Both the position numbers and the translations under genes were made by a program. From assembly GCA_032229685.1 (NCBI GenBank), contig JAVTWP010000031.1: 64,000 nt of DNA, one strand, 5' to 3'. Numbering within the stretch: the stretch's first letter is position 1; every line of letters begins with the position of its first letter. The notes under the pieces were generated by a model. The model was given only the letters and a program-made list of their open reading frames with translations, was not told the origin of the DNA and searched no databases. Source of the DNA: Rhizobacter sp. (lineage in GTDB: Bacteria; Pseudomonadota; Gammaproteobacteria; Burkholderiales; Burkholderiaceae_C). Shown in pieces: positions 31,046 to 41,399 of this stretch.

Positions 31046-32839
31046 ATGAGTTACCGCGCCCCCGTCAACGACATGCTGTTCTGCATGAAAGAACTCGCCG
31101 GCCTTGAAGACGTGGCCAAACTGCCCGGCTTCGAAGAAGCCGGCATCGAAACTGCGCAAGCGGTGCTCGAAGAGTGCGCCAAGTTCAACGAAGGCGTGGT
31201 TGCGCCGTTGAACTGGGAAGGCGACAAGAACCCGTCGTCGTGGAAAGACGGCGTGGTCACCACGACGCCCGGCTTCAAGCAGGCATTCCGCCAGTTCGGT
31301 GAAGGCGGCTGGCAGGGCCTGCAGCACCCGGCCGATTTCGGTGGCCAGAACCTGCCCAAGACCATCGGCGCGGCCTGCATCGAGATGCTGAACAGCGCGA
31401 ACCTGAGCTTCGCGTTGTGCCCGCTGCTGACCGACGGTGCCATCGAAGCCTTGCTCACCGCAGGCTCGCCCGAGCAGCAGTCGCTCTACCTGCCGAAGAT
31501 GATTTCCGGCGAATGGACCGGCACGATGAACCTGACCGAGCCACAAGCTGGCTCCGACCTGGCCCAGGTGCGCACACGCGCCGAGCCGCAGCCCGACGGC
31601 AGCTTCAAGATCTTCGGCACCAAGATCTTCATCACCTACGGCGAGCACGACATGGCGCCGAACATCGTGCACCTGGTGCTGGCGCGCGTGGTCGGCGCAC
31701 CCGAAGGCGTGAAGGGCATCAGCCTGTTCATCGTGCCCAAGTTCATGGTCAAGCCCGATGGCTCGCTCGGCGAGCGCAACGACGCGCACTGCGTCAGCAT
31801 TGAACACAAGCTCGGCATCAAGGCCAGTCCCACGGCCGTGTTGCAGTTCGGCGACCACGGCGGCGCCATCGGCCAGCTGATTGGTGAAGAGAACCGCGGC
31901 CTCGAGTACATGTTCATCATGATGAACGCGGCACGCTACGCGGTCGGCATGCAGGGCATCGCGGTGGCCGAGCGGGCCTATCAGAAAGCGGCGGCTTTCG
32001 CGAAAGAGCGTGTGCAGTCACGACCGGTCGATGGCTCGCTGCCGGGCAGTGGCCCGATCATTCACCACCCCGATGTGAAGCGCATGCTGATGACGATGCG
32101 TGCGTACACCGAAGGCTGCCGCGCGATGGCGATCACGGCGGCCGCGGCCTTCGACGCCTCGCACCACCACCCCGATGCCGAGGTGCGCAAACAGAACCAG
32201 GCCTTTTACGAGTACATGGTGCCGCTCGTGAAGGGCTACAGCACCGAGATGAGCGTCGAGGTCGCGAGCCTGGGCGTGCAGGTGCACGGCGGCATGGGCT
32301 TCATCGAAGAGACCGGTGCGGCGCAGCATCTGCGCGACTCACGCATCCTGCCGATCTACGAAGGCACGACCGCGATCCAGGCCAACGACCTGGTCGGGCG
32401 CAAGACCGCGCGTGATGGTGGGCGCACACCCAAGGCGATCGCCGCGCAGATGAAGGGCACCGAGAGCGAACTGGCGAAGCACGACAGTGCTGCGGCGCGC
32501 TCGATGCTGAAGCGCCTGCGCGCCGGGCGCGAAGCCTTCGAGCAGGTCGTCGATTTTGTGGCTGGCAACACCAAGGCCAGCCCGAATGCCGTCTTCGCCG
32601 GGTCGGTGCCCTACCTCATGCTGGCCGGCAACGTGGTTGCCGGCTGGCAGATGGCGCGCGCTCTCGTGATCGCCGAAGATCAGCTCGCGAAGGGAGAAGG
32701 CGACGCGGCATTCCTGAAAGCCAAAGTCGCCACCGCGCACTTCTACGCCGAGCACCTGCTCAACAAGGTGCCGGGGCAGCGCGACTCGATCGTCGACGGT
32801 GCCGAGAGTGTCAACGCGCTGGCGCTCGATTCTTTCTGA
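31046..32839 (+). CDS. Acyl-CoA dehydrogenase (long, ~600-aa type)
   Basis: MSYRAP, WTGTMNLTEPQAGSDL, GTKIFITYGEHD, EHKLGIKASPT, QVHGGMGFIEETG, IYEGTT (catalytic Glu). Confidence 0.93.
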   Translation: MSYRAPVNDMLFCMKELAGLEDVAKLPGFEEAGIETAQAVLEECAKFNEGVVAPLNWEGDKNPSSWKDGVVTTTPGFKQAFRQFGEGGWQGLQHPADFGGQNLPKTIGAACIEMLNSANLSFALCPLLTDGAIEALLTAGSPEQQSLYLPKMISGEWTGTMNLTEPQAGSDLAQVRTRAEPQPDGSFKIFGTKIFITYGEHDMAPNIVHLVLARVVGAPEGVKGISLFIVPKFMVKPDGSLGERNDAHCVSIEHKLGIKASPTAVLQFGDHGGAIGQLIGEENRGLEYMFIMMNAARYAVGMQGIAVAERAYQKAAAFAKERVQSRPVDGSLPGSGPIIHHPDVKRMLMTMRAYTEGCRAMAITAAAAFDASHHHPDAEVRKQNQAFYEYMVPLVKGYSTEMSVEVASLGVQVHGGMGFIEETGAAQHLRDSRILPIYEGTTAIQANDLVGRKTARDGGRTPKAIAAQMKGTESELAKHDSAAARSMLKRLRAGREAFEQVVDFVAGNTKASPNAVFAGSVPYLMLAGNVVAGWQMARALVIAEDQLAKGEGDAAFLKAKVATAHFYAEHLLNKVPGQRDSIVDGAESVNALALDSF

Positions 32840-32894
32840 AGCGCGCCGCGATTCATCCACCCACCAACCCGCGACGCGGGTGAAAGACAGAACC

Positions 32895-33848
32895 ATGCCC
32901 TTGCCCGGAGTTCTTGCGTCCCTGCCGCTGCCCATCATCGGCGCACCGCTGTTCATCATCAGCAACCCCAAGCTCGTGATCGAGCAGTGCAAGGCTGGCG
33001 TGGTCGGCTCCATGCCCGCGCTCAACGCCCGCCCCGCCGCGCAACTCGACGAGTGGCTGGCCGAGATCACCGAAACGCTGGCGGCCTACAACCAGGCGAA
33101 CCCCGGCAAACCCGCTGCGCCGTTCGCCATCAACCAGATCGTGCACAAGAGCAACGACCGGCTCGACCACGACATGCAGCTGTGCGCCAAGTACAAGGTG
33201 CCGATCGTCATCACATCGCTCGGTGCCCGCACCGACGTGAACGACGCCGTGCACGCTTGGGGCGGCGTGGTGATGCACGACATCATCAACAACTTCTTCG
33301 CGAAGAAGGCGATCGAGAAGGGTGCCGACGGCCTGATCGCCGTGGCCGCCGGCGCTGGCGGCCACGCCGGCGTGAAGAGCCCGTTCGCGCTGATCCAGGA
33401 GATCCGCGAGTGGTTCGACGGCCCGGTGGCGCTGAGCGGCTCGATCGCCAGCGGCGGTGCGGTGCTGGCAGCGCGCGCGATGGGCGCCGACTTCGCCTAC
33501 ATCGGCTCGGCCTTCATCGCGACCGACGAAGCGCGCGCGGTCGAAGGCTACAAGCAGGCCATCGTCTCGGGCAGTTCCGACGACATCGTCTACAGCAACC
33601 TCTTCACCGGGGTTCACGGCAACTACCTGAAGGCCTCGATCACGGCGGCCGGGCTCGACCCCGACAACCTGCCCGAAAGCGACCCGAGCAAGATGAACTT
33701 CGGCGGTGATGCGAAGAAGGCCTGGAAAGACATCTGGGGCTGTGGCCAGGGCATCGGCGCGATCAAGAGCGTGCAACCGGCGGGCGAGATGATCGCGCGC
33801 CTGGCGCGCGAATACCACGCCGCGCTTGAGCGCGTGGCGGCGCGTTGA
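32895..33848 (+). CDS. Nitronate monooxygenase / FabK-like flavin oxidoreductase
   Basis: IIGAPLFIISNP, VAAGAGGHAG, LSGSIASG, YIGSAFIATDEA, WKDIWGCGQG. Confidence 0.85.
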   Translation: MPLPGVLASLPLPIIGAPLFIISNPKLVIEQCKAGVVGSMPALNARPAAQLDEWLAEITETLAAYNQANPGKPAAPFAINQIVHKSNDRLDHDMQLCAKYKVPIVITSLGARTDVNDAVHAWGGVVMHDIINNFFAKKAIEKGADGLIAVAAGAGGHAGVKSPFALIQEIREWFDGPVALSGSIASGGAVLAARAMGADFAYIGSAFIATDEARAVEGYKQAIVSGSSDDIVYSNLFTGVHGNYLKASITAAGLDPDNLPESDPSKMNFGGDAKKAWKDIWGCGQGIGAIKSVQPAGEMIARLAREYHAALERVAAR

Positions 33849-33935
33849 TCGCGCTACAACACTGCCTTCGACCGTCTGTTCCTTCGACCGGGGCTGCACC
33901 CTGCGGTGGTAAAGTCGCGTTCCTGACTTGAACAT

Positions 33936-34020
33936 TTAGGTCCTTCCCGTCCCCTCGCCGGCAACTGCGAGGCGGGTCGCTTGTCCGCCAGTGGCGTAGC
34001 CGCGTCGCGGAAGGTTTTTC
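33936..34020 (+). ncRNA. Structured sucA 5' leader, probable sucA RNA motif
   Basis: CCTTCC (33942-47) / GGAAGG (34009-14) encloses CCTCGC/GCGAGG and a CCAGTGGCG block. The sucA RNA motif is established upstream of sucA in Burkholderiales; the match is judged by position and structure only. Confidence 0.6.
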
Positions 34021-34062
34021 AACCCACTACAGCACCGGAAACCGGTGTGAAAGGTGAGCGAG

Positions 34063-36921
34063 ATGATGCAGGAATCCAGGGCGAATTCGTACCTGTTCGG
34101 GGGCAATGCGCCCTACGTCGAAGAGATGTACGAGGCCTACCTCGACAACCCGGGCTCGGTGCCCGAGAACTGGCGCAAATACTTCGACGCGCTGCAGCAC
34201 GTGCCTGCGGTCGACGGCTCGAACGCCAAGGACGTGGCCCATGCGCCCGTCGTCGAATCCTTCGCGCAGCGGGCCAAGGCTGGCACCTTCGGCAGCAAGG
34301 CCTCCACCACCGACCTGGCCATTGCTCGCAAGCAGGTTCACGTGCAGTCGCTGATCGCGGCTTATCGTTTTCTCGGCTCGCGCTGGGCCGACCTCGACCC
34401 GCTCAAGCGCCAGGAGCGCCCCAAGATCCCCGAGCTCGAGCCAGCGTTCTACGATCTGAGCGAGTCCGACATGGACATCGCCTTCAGCGCGACGAACACC
34501 TACTTCTCGACCGCCGAGAGCATGACGCTGCGCGAAATCGTGCAGGCGCTGCGCGAAACCTACTGCGGCTCGATCGGCGCCGAGTACATGCACATCACCG
34601 AGCCGGTCGAGAAGCGCTGGTGGCAGGAACGTCTCGAGTCGATCCGCTCCAAGCCCAGCTTCTCGGCTGACGAGAAGAAACACATCCTCGACCGCCTGAC
34701 CGCGGCCGAAGGCCTGGAGCGCTACCTGCACACCAAGTACGTCGGCCAGAAGCGCTTCTCGCTCGAAGGCGGCGAGAGCTTCATCGCGTCGATGGACGAA
34801 CTGGTGCAGCGTGCAGGCACCAAGGGCGTCCAGGAGATCGTGATCGGCATGGCCCACCGCGGCCGGCTGAACGTGCTCGTCAACACCCTGGGCAAGATGC
34901 CCAAGGACCTGTTCGCCGAGTTCGACCACACCGCGCCCGAGAACCTGCCCTCGGGCGACGTGAAGTACCACCAGGGTTTTTCGAGCGACATCACGACCGA
35001 TGGCGGCCCGGTGCACCTGAGCCTCGCGTTCAACCCCTCGCACCTCGAGATCGTGAACCCGGTCGTCGAAGGTTCGGTCAAGGCCCGCCTCGATCGCCGC
35101 GGCGACAAGGAAGGCGACACCGTGCTGCCGATCATCGTGCACGGCGACGCGGCCTTCGCCGGCCAGGGCGTGGTGATGGAGACGCTGGCGCTGGCGCAGA
35201 CGCGCGGCTACTACACCGGTGGCACGGTGCACGTCGTCATCAACAACCAGATCGGCTTCACCACCAGCGACCCGCGCGATTCGCGCTCCACGCTGTACTG
35301 CACCGACGTCGTCAAGATGATCGAGGCACCGGTGTTGCACGTGAACGGCGACGATCCGGAAGCGGTGGTGCTGTGCACGCAACTCGCGCTCGACTACCGC
35401 CAGGAATTCAACAAGGATGTGGTCGTCGACATCGTCTGCTTCCGCAAGCTCGGCCACAACGAGCAGGACACACCGGCGCTGACCCAGCCGCTGATGTACA
35501 AGAAGATCGCCCAGCACCCCGGCACGCGCAAGCTCTACGGCGAAAAGCTGGTGGCGCAGGGCGTGCTGCCGGCCGACGGCCCCGACGCGATGGTCAAGGC
35601 GCTGCGCGCCGCGATGGACGCCGGCAAGAGCACCTACGACCCGGTGCTCACCAACTACAAGAGCAAGTACGCGGTCGACTGGGCCCCGTTCCTCGGCAAG
35701 AAGTGGACCGATGCGGCCGACACGGCGCTGCCGCTGACCGAGATCAAGCGCCTGGCCGAGCGCATCACCACCATCCCGAGCACCTTCAAGGCGCACACGC
35801 TGGTCGAGAAGGTGATCGCCGACCGTGCGGCCATGGGCCGCGGCGAAGTCAATGTCGACTGGGGCATGGGCGAGCACCTCGCGTTCGCTTCGCTCGTGGC
35901 CAGCGGGTATGCGGTGCGCCTGTCGGGTGAAGACTGCGGCCGCGGCACGTTCACGCACCGTCACTCGGTGCTGCACGACCAGAACCGCGAAAAGTGGGAC
36001 GAAGGCACCTACACGCCGCTGCAGCACGTGGCCGACGGCCAGGCGCCGTTCGTGGTGATTGACTCGCTGCTCTCCGAAGAAGCAGTGCTCGGCTTCGAGT
36101 ACGGCTACGCGTCGGCCGAGCCGAACACGCTGGTGATCTGGGAAGCGCAGTTCGGCGACTTCGTCAACGGCGCGCAGGTCGTGATCGACCAGTTCATCGC
36201 GTCGGGCGAGGTGAAGTGGGGCCGCGCCAATGGCATCACCTTGATGTTGCCGCACGGTTATGAAGGGCAGGGGCCCGAGCACAGTTCGGCGCGTCTCGAG
36301 CGCTTCATGCAACTTGCCGCCGACAACAACATGCAGGTCGTGCAGCCCACGTCGGCGAGCCAGATCTTCCACGTGTTGCGCCGGCAGATGGTGCGCATGT
36401 TCCGCAAGCCGCTCATCATCATGACACCCAAGTCGCTGCTGCGCGCGAAGGATGCGACCTCGCCGCTGTCCGACTTCACCAAGGGCGAATTCCGGACCGT
36501 GATCGGCGAGGTCAGCGCCGAGGTCAATGCCGAGAAGGTCAAGCGGGTGATCGCCTGCTCGGGCAAGGTCTACTACGACCTCGTGAAGGCGCGCACCGAG
36601 CGCAAGAACGGCGACGTGGCGATCATCCGCGTCGAGCAGCTCTACCCGTTCCCGCACAAGGCGTTCGCGGCCGAGATGAAGAAGTACCCGAACGCGACCG
36701 AGGTCGTGTGGTGCCAGGACGAGCCGCAGAACCAGGGCGCCTGGTTCTTCGTGCAGCACTACATCCACGAGAACATGGCCGACGGGCAGAAGCTCGGCTA
36801 TGCCGGCCGCCCGGCTTCTGCTTCGCCTGCGGTGGGCTATGCGCACCTGCACCAGGAGCAGCAGAAGGCGCTGCTCGAGCAGGCCTTCGGCAAACTCAAG
36901 GGCTTTGTGCTCACGAAGTAA
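34063..36921 (+). CDS. sucA: 2-oxoglutarate dehydrogenase E1
   Basis: KRFSLEGGE, GMAHRGRLNVL, GDVKYHQG, HGDAAFAGQG, GHNEQD, WEAQFGDF, LPHGYEGQGPEHSSAR. Start at ATG 34063 after the GAAAGGTG RBS. Confidence 0.97.
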   Translation: MMQESRANSYLFGGNAPYVEEMYEAYLDNPGSVPENWRKYFDALQHVPAVDGSNAKDVAHAPVVESFAQRAKAGTFGSKASTTDLAIARKQVHVQSLIAAYRFLGSRWADLDPLKRQERPKIPELEPAFYDLSESDMDIAFSATNTYFSTAESMTLREIVQALRETYCGSIGAEYMHITEPVEKRWWQERLESIRSKPSFSADEKKHILDRLTAAEGLERYLHTKYVGQKRFSLEGGESFIASMDELVQRAGTKGVQEIVIGMAHRGRLNVLVNTLGKMPKDLFAEFDHTAPENLPSGDVKYHQGFSSDITTDGGPVHLSLAFNPSHLEIVNPVVEGSVKARLDRRGDKEGDTVLPIIVHGDAAFAGQGVVMETLALAQTRGYYTGGTVHVVINNQIGFTTSDPRDSRSTLYCTDVVKMIEAPVLHVNGDDPEAVVLCTQLALDYRQEFNKDVVVDIVCFRKLGHNEQDTPALTQPLMYKKIAQHPGTRKLYGEKLVAQGVLPADGPDAMVKALRAAMDAGKSTYDPVLTNYKSKYAVDWAPFLGKKWTDAADTALPLTEIKRLAERITTIPSTFKAHTLVEKVIADRAAMGRGEVNVDWGMGEHLAFASLVASGYAVRLSGEDCGRGTFTHRHSVLHDQNREKWDEGTYTPLQHVADGQAPFVVIDSLLSEEAVLGFEYGYASAEPNTLVIWEAQFGDFVNGAQVVIDQFIASGEVKWGRANGITLMLPHGYEGQGPEHSSARLERFMQLAADNNMQVVQPTSASQIFHVLRRQMVRMFRKPLIIMTPKSLLRAKDATSPLSDFTKGEFRTVIGEVSAEVNAEKVKRVIACSGKVYYDLVKARTERKNGDVAIIRVEQLYPFPHKAFAAEMKKYPNATEVVWCQDEPQNQGAWFFVQHYIHENMADGQKLGYAGRPASASPAVGYAHLHQEQQKALLEQAFGKLKGFVLTK

Positions 36922-36963
36922 GCCGCGCCGCTTCGCACCTCCAAAATTCAGAGAAGAAATCAA

Positions 36964-38235
36964 ATGGCCATCGTAGAAGTCAAAGTCCCGCAGTTGTCAG
37001 AGTCCGTCGCCGAGGCGACCTTGCTGCAGTGGAAGAAGCGCCCCGGTGAACGTGTCGAGATGGACGAGATCCTCGTCGAGATCGAAACCGACAAGGTCGT
37101 GCTCGAAGTGCCGGCACCCGCCGCTGGCGTGCTCGCGCAACTCGTCAAGAACGACGGCGAGCAGTGCGTTGCCGAAGAAGTGATCGCGAAGATCGACACC
37201 GAAGGCGTCGAGGCGACCAGCCCGCTCGAAGTCAAGCCCGTGCCGGCCGGCGAACCTGCGCCCGGAGCCACCCCCGGCGTCACGCCGCCGCCCGCCAAGG
37301 ATGCAGCCTCGAACGCGCCGGCAATGCCCGCCGCCGCCAAGCTGATGGCCGACAACCGCATCCCTGCGGGGACGGTCGCCGGCACCGGCAAGGATGGCCG
37401 CGTCACCAAGGGCGACGTGCTCGCGTCGATCGAGGCGGGCACGAAGCCGGTGGCGATGACGGCGCCGGTCGTGGCCGCGGCACCGAAGGCCGCGTTGCCC
37501 ACGGTCGCTGCATCGCCTGTTCCGTCGCTGGGCGACCGACCCGAGCAGCGTGTGCCGATGAGCCGTTTGCGCGCGCGCATCGCCGAGCGCCTGGTGCAAT
37601 CGCAATCGACCAACGCGATCCTGACCACCTTCAACGAAGTGAACATGGCGCCGGTGATGGAAATGCGCAAGCGCTTCCAGGAGAAGTTCGAGAAGGAACA
37701 CGGCGTCAAGATCGGCTTCATGAGCTTCTTCGTGAAGGCGGCGGTGGCCGCACTGAAGAAGTACCCGATCATCAATGCCTCGGTCGACGGCAACGACATC
37801 GTGTACCACGGCTACTTCGACATCGGCATCGCCGTCGGTTCGCCGCGCGGCCTGGTCGTGCCCATCCTGCGCAACGCCGACCAGATGAGCTTCGCCGACA
37901 TCGAGAAGAAGATCTCCGAATACGGCAAGAAGGCGGCCGAAGGCAAGCTCTCGCTCGACGACCTGACCGGTGGCACCTTCTCGATCAGCAATGGCGGCAC
38001 CTTCGGTTCGATGCTGTCCACGCCGATCATCAACCCGCCGCAGTCGGCGATCCTCGGCGTTCATGCGACGAAAGACCGCGCGGTGGTCGAGAACGGCCAG
38101 ATCGTGGTGCGCCCGATGAACTACCTGGCGATGAGCTACGACCACCGCATCATCGACGGCCGCGAAGCGGTTCTTGGCCTCGTCGCGATGAAGGAAGCGC
38201 TGGAAGATCCGGCTCGCCTCCTGTTCGACATCTGA
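36964..38235 (+). CDS. sucB: Dihydrolipoyl succinyltransferase E2
   Basis: Lipoyl site [37 protein letters not shown]. Confidence 0.97.
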   Translation: MAIVEVKVPQLSESVAEATLLQWKKRPGERVEMDEILVEIETDKVVLEVPAPAAGVLAQLVKNDGEQCVAEEVIAKIDTEGVEATSPLEVKPVPAGEPAPGATPGVTPPPAKDAASNAPAMPAAAKLMADNRIPAGTVAGTGKDGRVTKGDVLASIEAGTKPVAMTAPVVAAAPKAALPTVAASPVPSLGDRPEQRVPMSRLRARIAERLVQSQSTNAILTTFNEVNMAPVMEMRKRFQEKFEKEHGVKIGFMSFFVKAAVAALKKYPIINASVDGNDIVYHGYFDIGIAVGSPRGLVVPILRNADQMSFADIEKKISEYGKKAAEGKLSLDDLTGGTFSISNGGTFGSMLSTPIINPPQSAILGVHATKDRAVVENGQIVVRPMNYLAMSYDHRIIDGREAVLGLVAMKEALEDPARLLFDI

Positions 38236-38245
38236 GGCCACGAGC

Positions 38246-39673
38246 ATGAGCAAACAATTCGACGTGGTCGTCATCGGCGGCGGCCCGGGCGGGTATATCG
38301 CCGCCATCCGCGCAGCGCAGCTCGGTTTCAACACCGCCTGCATCGACGAGTGGAAGAACGAGAAGGGCGGCCCGGCCCCGGGCGGCACGTGCACGAACGT
38401 GGGGTGCATCCCATCGAAGGCCCTGCTGCAGTCGAGCGAGAACTTCGAGCAGGCAGGCCACCACTTTGCCGAGCACGGCATCGGTCTCACGAACCTGACG
38501 ATGGACGTGAGCAAGATGCTCGGCCGCAAGAACACCGTCGTGAAGCAGAACAACGACGGCATCCTGTACCTGTTCAAAAAGAACAAGGTGACGTTCTTTC
38601 ATGGCCGCGGTTCATTCGTGAAAGCCGCCGACGGTGCGGTCGAGATCAGCGTGGCCGGTGACAAGCCCGAGACACTGATCGCCAAGCACGTGATCGTCGC
38701 CACCGGTTCCAACCCGCGCGCCTTGCCGGGCGCGGCTTTCGACGAAGAAAACATCCTGTCGAACGACGGCGCGTTGCGCATTCCGGCGGTGCCCAAGACC
38801 TTGGGCGTGATCGGCTCCGGCGTGATCGGCCTCGAGATAGGTTCGGTCTGGCGCCGCCTCGGTTCTGAAGTCACGGTGCTCGAGGCCTTGCCGGTGTTTC
38901 TGGGCGCGGTCGACGAGCAGATCGCCAAGGAAGCTCACAAGGCCTTCACGAAGCAGGGCTTGAAGATCAACCTCGGCGTGAAGATCAGCGCCGTCACGTC
39001 GACCAAGAAGGGTGTGACGGTCGCGTATGCCGACGCGTCGGGCAAGGAGCAGAAGCTCGAGTGCGAGAAGTTGATCGTCTCGATCGGCCGCGTGCCGAAC
39101 ACGATCGGCCTCAACGCTGAAGCGGTCGGCCTCAAGCTCGACGAGCGTGGTTTCGTGGCCGTCGACGACGACTGCAAGACCAACCTGCCGAACGTGTGGG
39201 CGATCGGCGACGTGGTGCGTGGCCCGATGCTCGCGCACAAGGCCGAAGAAGAGGGCGTGGCGGTGGCCGAGCGCATCGCCGGCCAGCACGGCCATGTCAA
39301 CTTCAACACGGTGCCCTGGGTGATCTACACCTCGCCCGAGATCGCCTGGGTCGGCCAGACCGAGCAGCAGCTCAAGGCGTCGGGGCGCGCCTACAAGGCC
39401 GGCAGTTTCCCGTTCATGGCCAACGGCCGCGCGCGTGCGCTCGGCGACACGACCGGCATGGTCAAGTTCCTGGCCGACGCGAAGACCGACGAGATTCTCG
39501 GCGTGCACATCGTCGGGCCGATGGCCTCGGAGCTGATCGCCGAGTCGGTGGTGGCGATGGAGTTCAAGGCCTCGGCCGAAGACATCGCGCGCATCTGCCA
39601 CGCTCATCCTTCGTTGAGCGAATCGACCAAGGAAGCCGCGCTCGCGGTCGACAAGCGCAGCCTGAACTTCTGA
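38246..39673 (+). CDS. lpdA: Dihydrolipoamide dehydrogenase E3
   Basis: IGGGPGGY, redox disulfide [29 protein letters not shown]. Confidence 0.96.
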   Translation: MSKQFDVVVIGGGPGGYIAAIRAAQLGFNTACIDEWKNEKGGPAPGGTCTNVGCIPSKALLQSSENFEQAGHHFAEHGIGLTNLTMDVSKMLGRKNTVVKQNNDGILYLFKKNKVTFFHGRGSFVKAADGAVEISVAGDKPETLIAKHVIVATGSNPRALPGAAFDEENILSNDGALRIPAVPKTLGVIGSGVIGLEIGSVWRRLGSEVTVLEALPVFLGAVDEQIAKEAHKAFTKQGLKINLGVKISAVTSTKKGVTVAYADASGKEQKLECEKLIVSIGRVPNTIGLNAEAVGLKLDERGFVAVDDDCKTNLPNVWAIGDVVRGPMLAHKAEEEGVAVAERIAGQHGHVNFNTVPWVIYTSPEIAWVGQTEQQLKASGRAYKAGSFPFMANGRARALGDTTGMVKFLADAKTDEILGVHIVGPMASELIAESVVAMEFKASAEDIARICHAHPSLSESTKEAALAVDKRSLNF

Positions 39674-39692
39674 CAGCGCGGCCGGCTGCATC

Positions 39693-40790
39693 GTGGCGGT
39701 CCGCGAACTCTACGAACGCACGCTGGCCGAGCGCGGGTACGCGCCCGACGCTGCGCAGCTGCGTGCGATCGACTCGCTCGAACGCTGCGAGAACGAGTGG
39801 GCCGACTACAAGGCCCGCCGCAGCAACGCGCTGACCAAGCTGATCGCGCGCCCGCCGATTCCGCGTGGTGTGTACATGTACGGCGGGGTGGGGCGGGGCA
39901 AGAGCTTCCTGATGGACTGCTTCTTCAACGCCGTGCCCCTGCAGCGCAAGACCCGGCTGCACTTTCACGAGTTCATGCGCGAGGTGCATCGCGAACTCGC
40001 CGAACTGCACGGCACCGTGAACCCGCTGCAGGAACTCGGCAAGCGCATGGCGCGGCGTTACCGCCTGATCTGCTTCGACGAGTTCCACGTGTCCGACGTG
40101 ACCGACGCGATGATCCTGCACCGCCTGCTCGAAGCACTGTTCGAGAACCGCGTGAGCATCATCACCACGTCGAACTTCAAGCCCGACGACCTGTACCCGA
40201 ACGGGTTGCACCGGGACCGCATCCTGCCGGCCATCGAGCTGCTCAAGTCAAAGCTCGAAGTCGTCAACGTCGACAACGGCACTGACTACCGCCAGCTCAC
40301 GCTCGAGCAGGTCGGGCTTTATCACACGCCGCTCGGTGCCGCGGCAGACGCTGCCATGACCGACGCTTTCGAGCGCCTCGCCGAGGCCAAGGACGAGAGC
40401 CCGGTGCTGTACATCGAGCACCGCGAGTTGCGCTCGCGCCGGCGCGCCGGTGGTGTGGTGTGGTTCGACTTCAAGCAACTGTGCGGCGGCCCGCGTTCGC
40501 AGAACGACTACCTGGAGCTGGCGACGCAGTTCCACACCTTGCTGCTCTCGGGCGTGCCGGCGATGTCGCCGCGCATGGCTTCTGAAGCGCGTCGTTTCAC
40601 CTGGCTCGTCGACGTGTTGTACGACCGGCGGGTCAAGCTGATTCTTTCTGCCGAGTGCGAGCCGGAACTGCTTTACACCGAAGGGCAGCTCGCGCACGAA
40701 TTCCCGCGCACCGTGTCTCGCCTGCGCGAAATGCAGTCGGCCGAATTCCTGGCGCTGGCGCGGCGCGATGTGGACACCTCGCTCACATGA
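39693..40790 (+). CDS. zapE: Cell division AAA+ ATPase ZapE (AFG1 family)
   Basis: Walker A YGGVGRGKSFLMD, HFHEFM, Walker B ICFDEFHV, TSNFKPDDLYPNGL, ARRFTWLVDVLYD. Confidence 0.9.
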   Translation: MAVRELYERTLAERGYAPDAAQLRAIDSLERCENEWADYKARRSNALTKLIARPPIPRGVYMYGGVGRGKSFLMDCFFNAVPLQRKTRLHFHEFMREVHRELAELHGTVNPLQELGKRMARRYRLICFDEFHVSDVTDAMILHRLLEALFENRVSIITTSNFKPDDLYPNGLHRDRILPAIELLKSKLEVVNVDNGTDYRQLTLEQVGLYHTPLGAAADAAMTDAFERLAEAKDESPVLYIEHRELRSRRRAGGVVWFDFKQLCGGPRSQNDYLELATQFHTLLLSGVPAMSPRMASEARRFTWLVDVLYDRRVKLILSAECEPELLYTEGQLAHEFPRTVSRLREMQSAEFLALARRDVDTSLT

Positions 40791-41377
40791 CCCGGGCGCC
40801 ACTGCGTCAAACGTGCGTGTTGCTGCTGGCAGCGGGCGCGTCGTGGGCCTGGAGTGCAGGCATCGGCACCGAGAGCCAGGAGCGCGCGCGCATCGCCAGT
40901 GAGCGTGCGGCGGCGCAGTCGGCTTTCGTGTCGCGCGAGCGTGAATGTCAGAACAGTTTTGTGGTCACGTCGTGTGTCGAAACCGCGCGCCGCGACTTGC
41001 GCGAAGTGCAGTTGCGCCTGCGCCGCCAGGAGGCCGTGCTCGACGAGATGCAGCGCCGCGAGCGTGCCGCGCAGCGCCTGGAGACGATCCGCAACCGCCC
41101 GGCCGCGGTCGAGGCGACGCCGCGCGAAGCTGCGGCTTCCGAGCCGCGCGCGGCGACGACCGCAACGCCCCGCGTGCGGGCGCATGCCGCACCTGTCCCC
41201 AAAATGTCGCCCGAAGAACGGCAGCGCGCCGAGGCGCTCAGCGAGCAGAAGTACGAGGCGGCCTCTCAGGCTGCGGGCGCACGTCGTGCCGCGGTGGAGC
41301 GCCGCAACGCTGAGCGGGCCGCCCGCGGCAAGAGTGCAGCACCTCTGCCGGTGCCGGCGGGCGCGTCGGCTCCCTGA
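40787..41377 (+). CDS. Hypothetical exported coiled-coil protein (196 aa)
   Basis: ATGA overlap with zapE; signal-peptide-like VLLLAAGASWAWSAG; Cys pair CQNSFVVTSC; long E/R/A/Q-rich helices. Confidence 0.7.
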   Translation: MTRAPLRQTCVLLLAAGASWAWSAGIGTESQERARIASERAAAQSAFVSRERECQNSFVVTSCVETARRDLREVQLRLRRQEAVLDEMQRRERAAQRLETIRNRPAAVEATPREAAASEPRAATTATPRVRAHAAPVPKMSPEERQRAEALSEQKYEAASQAAGARRAAVERRNAERAARGKSAAPLPVPAGASAP

Positions 41378-41399
41378 GCCAGGGGTCGAGCCTGGCTGC

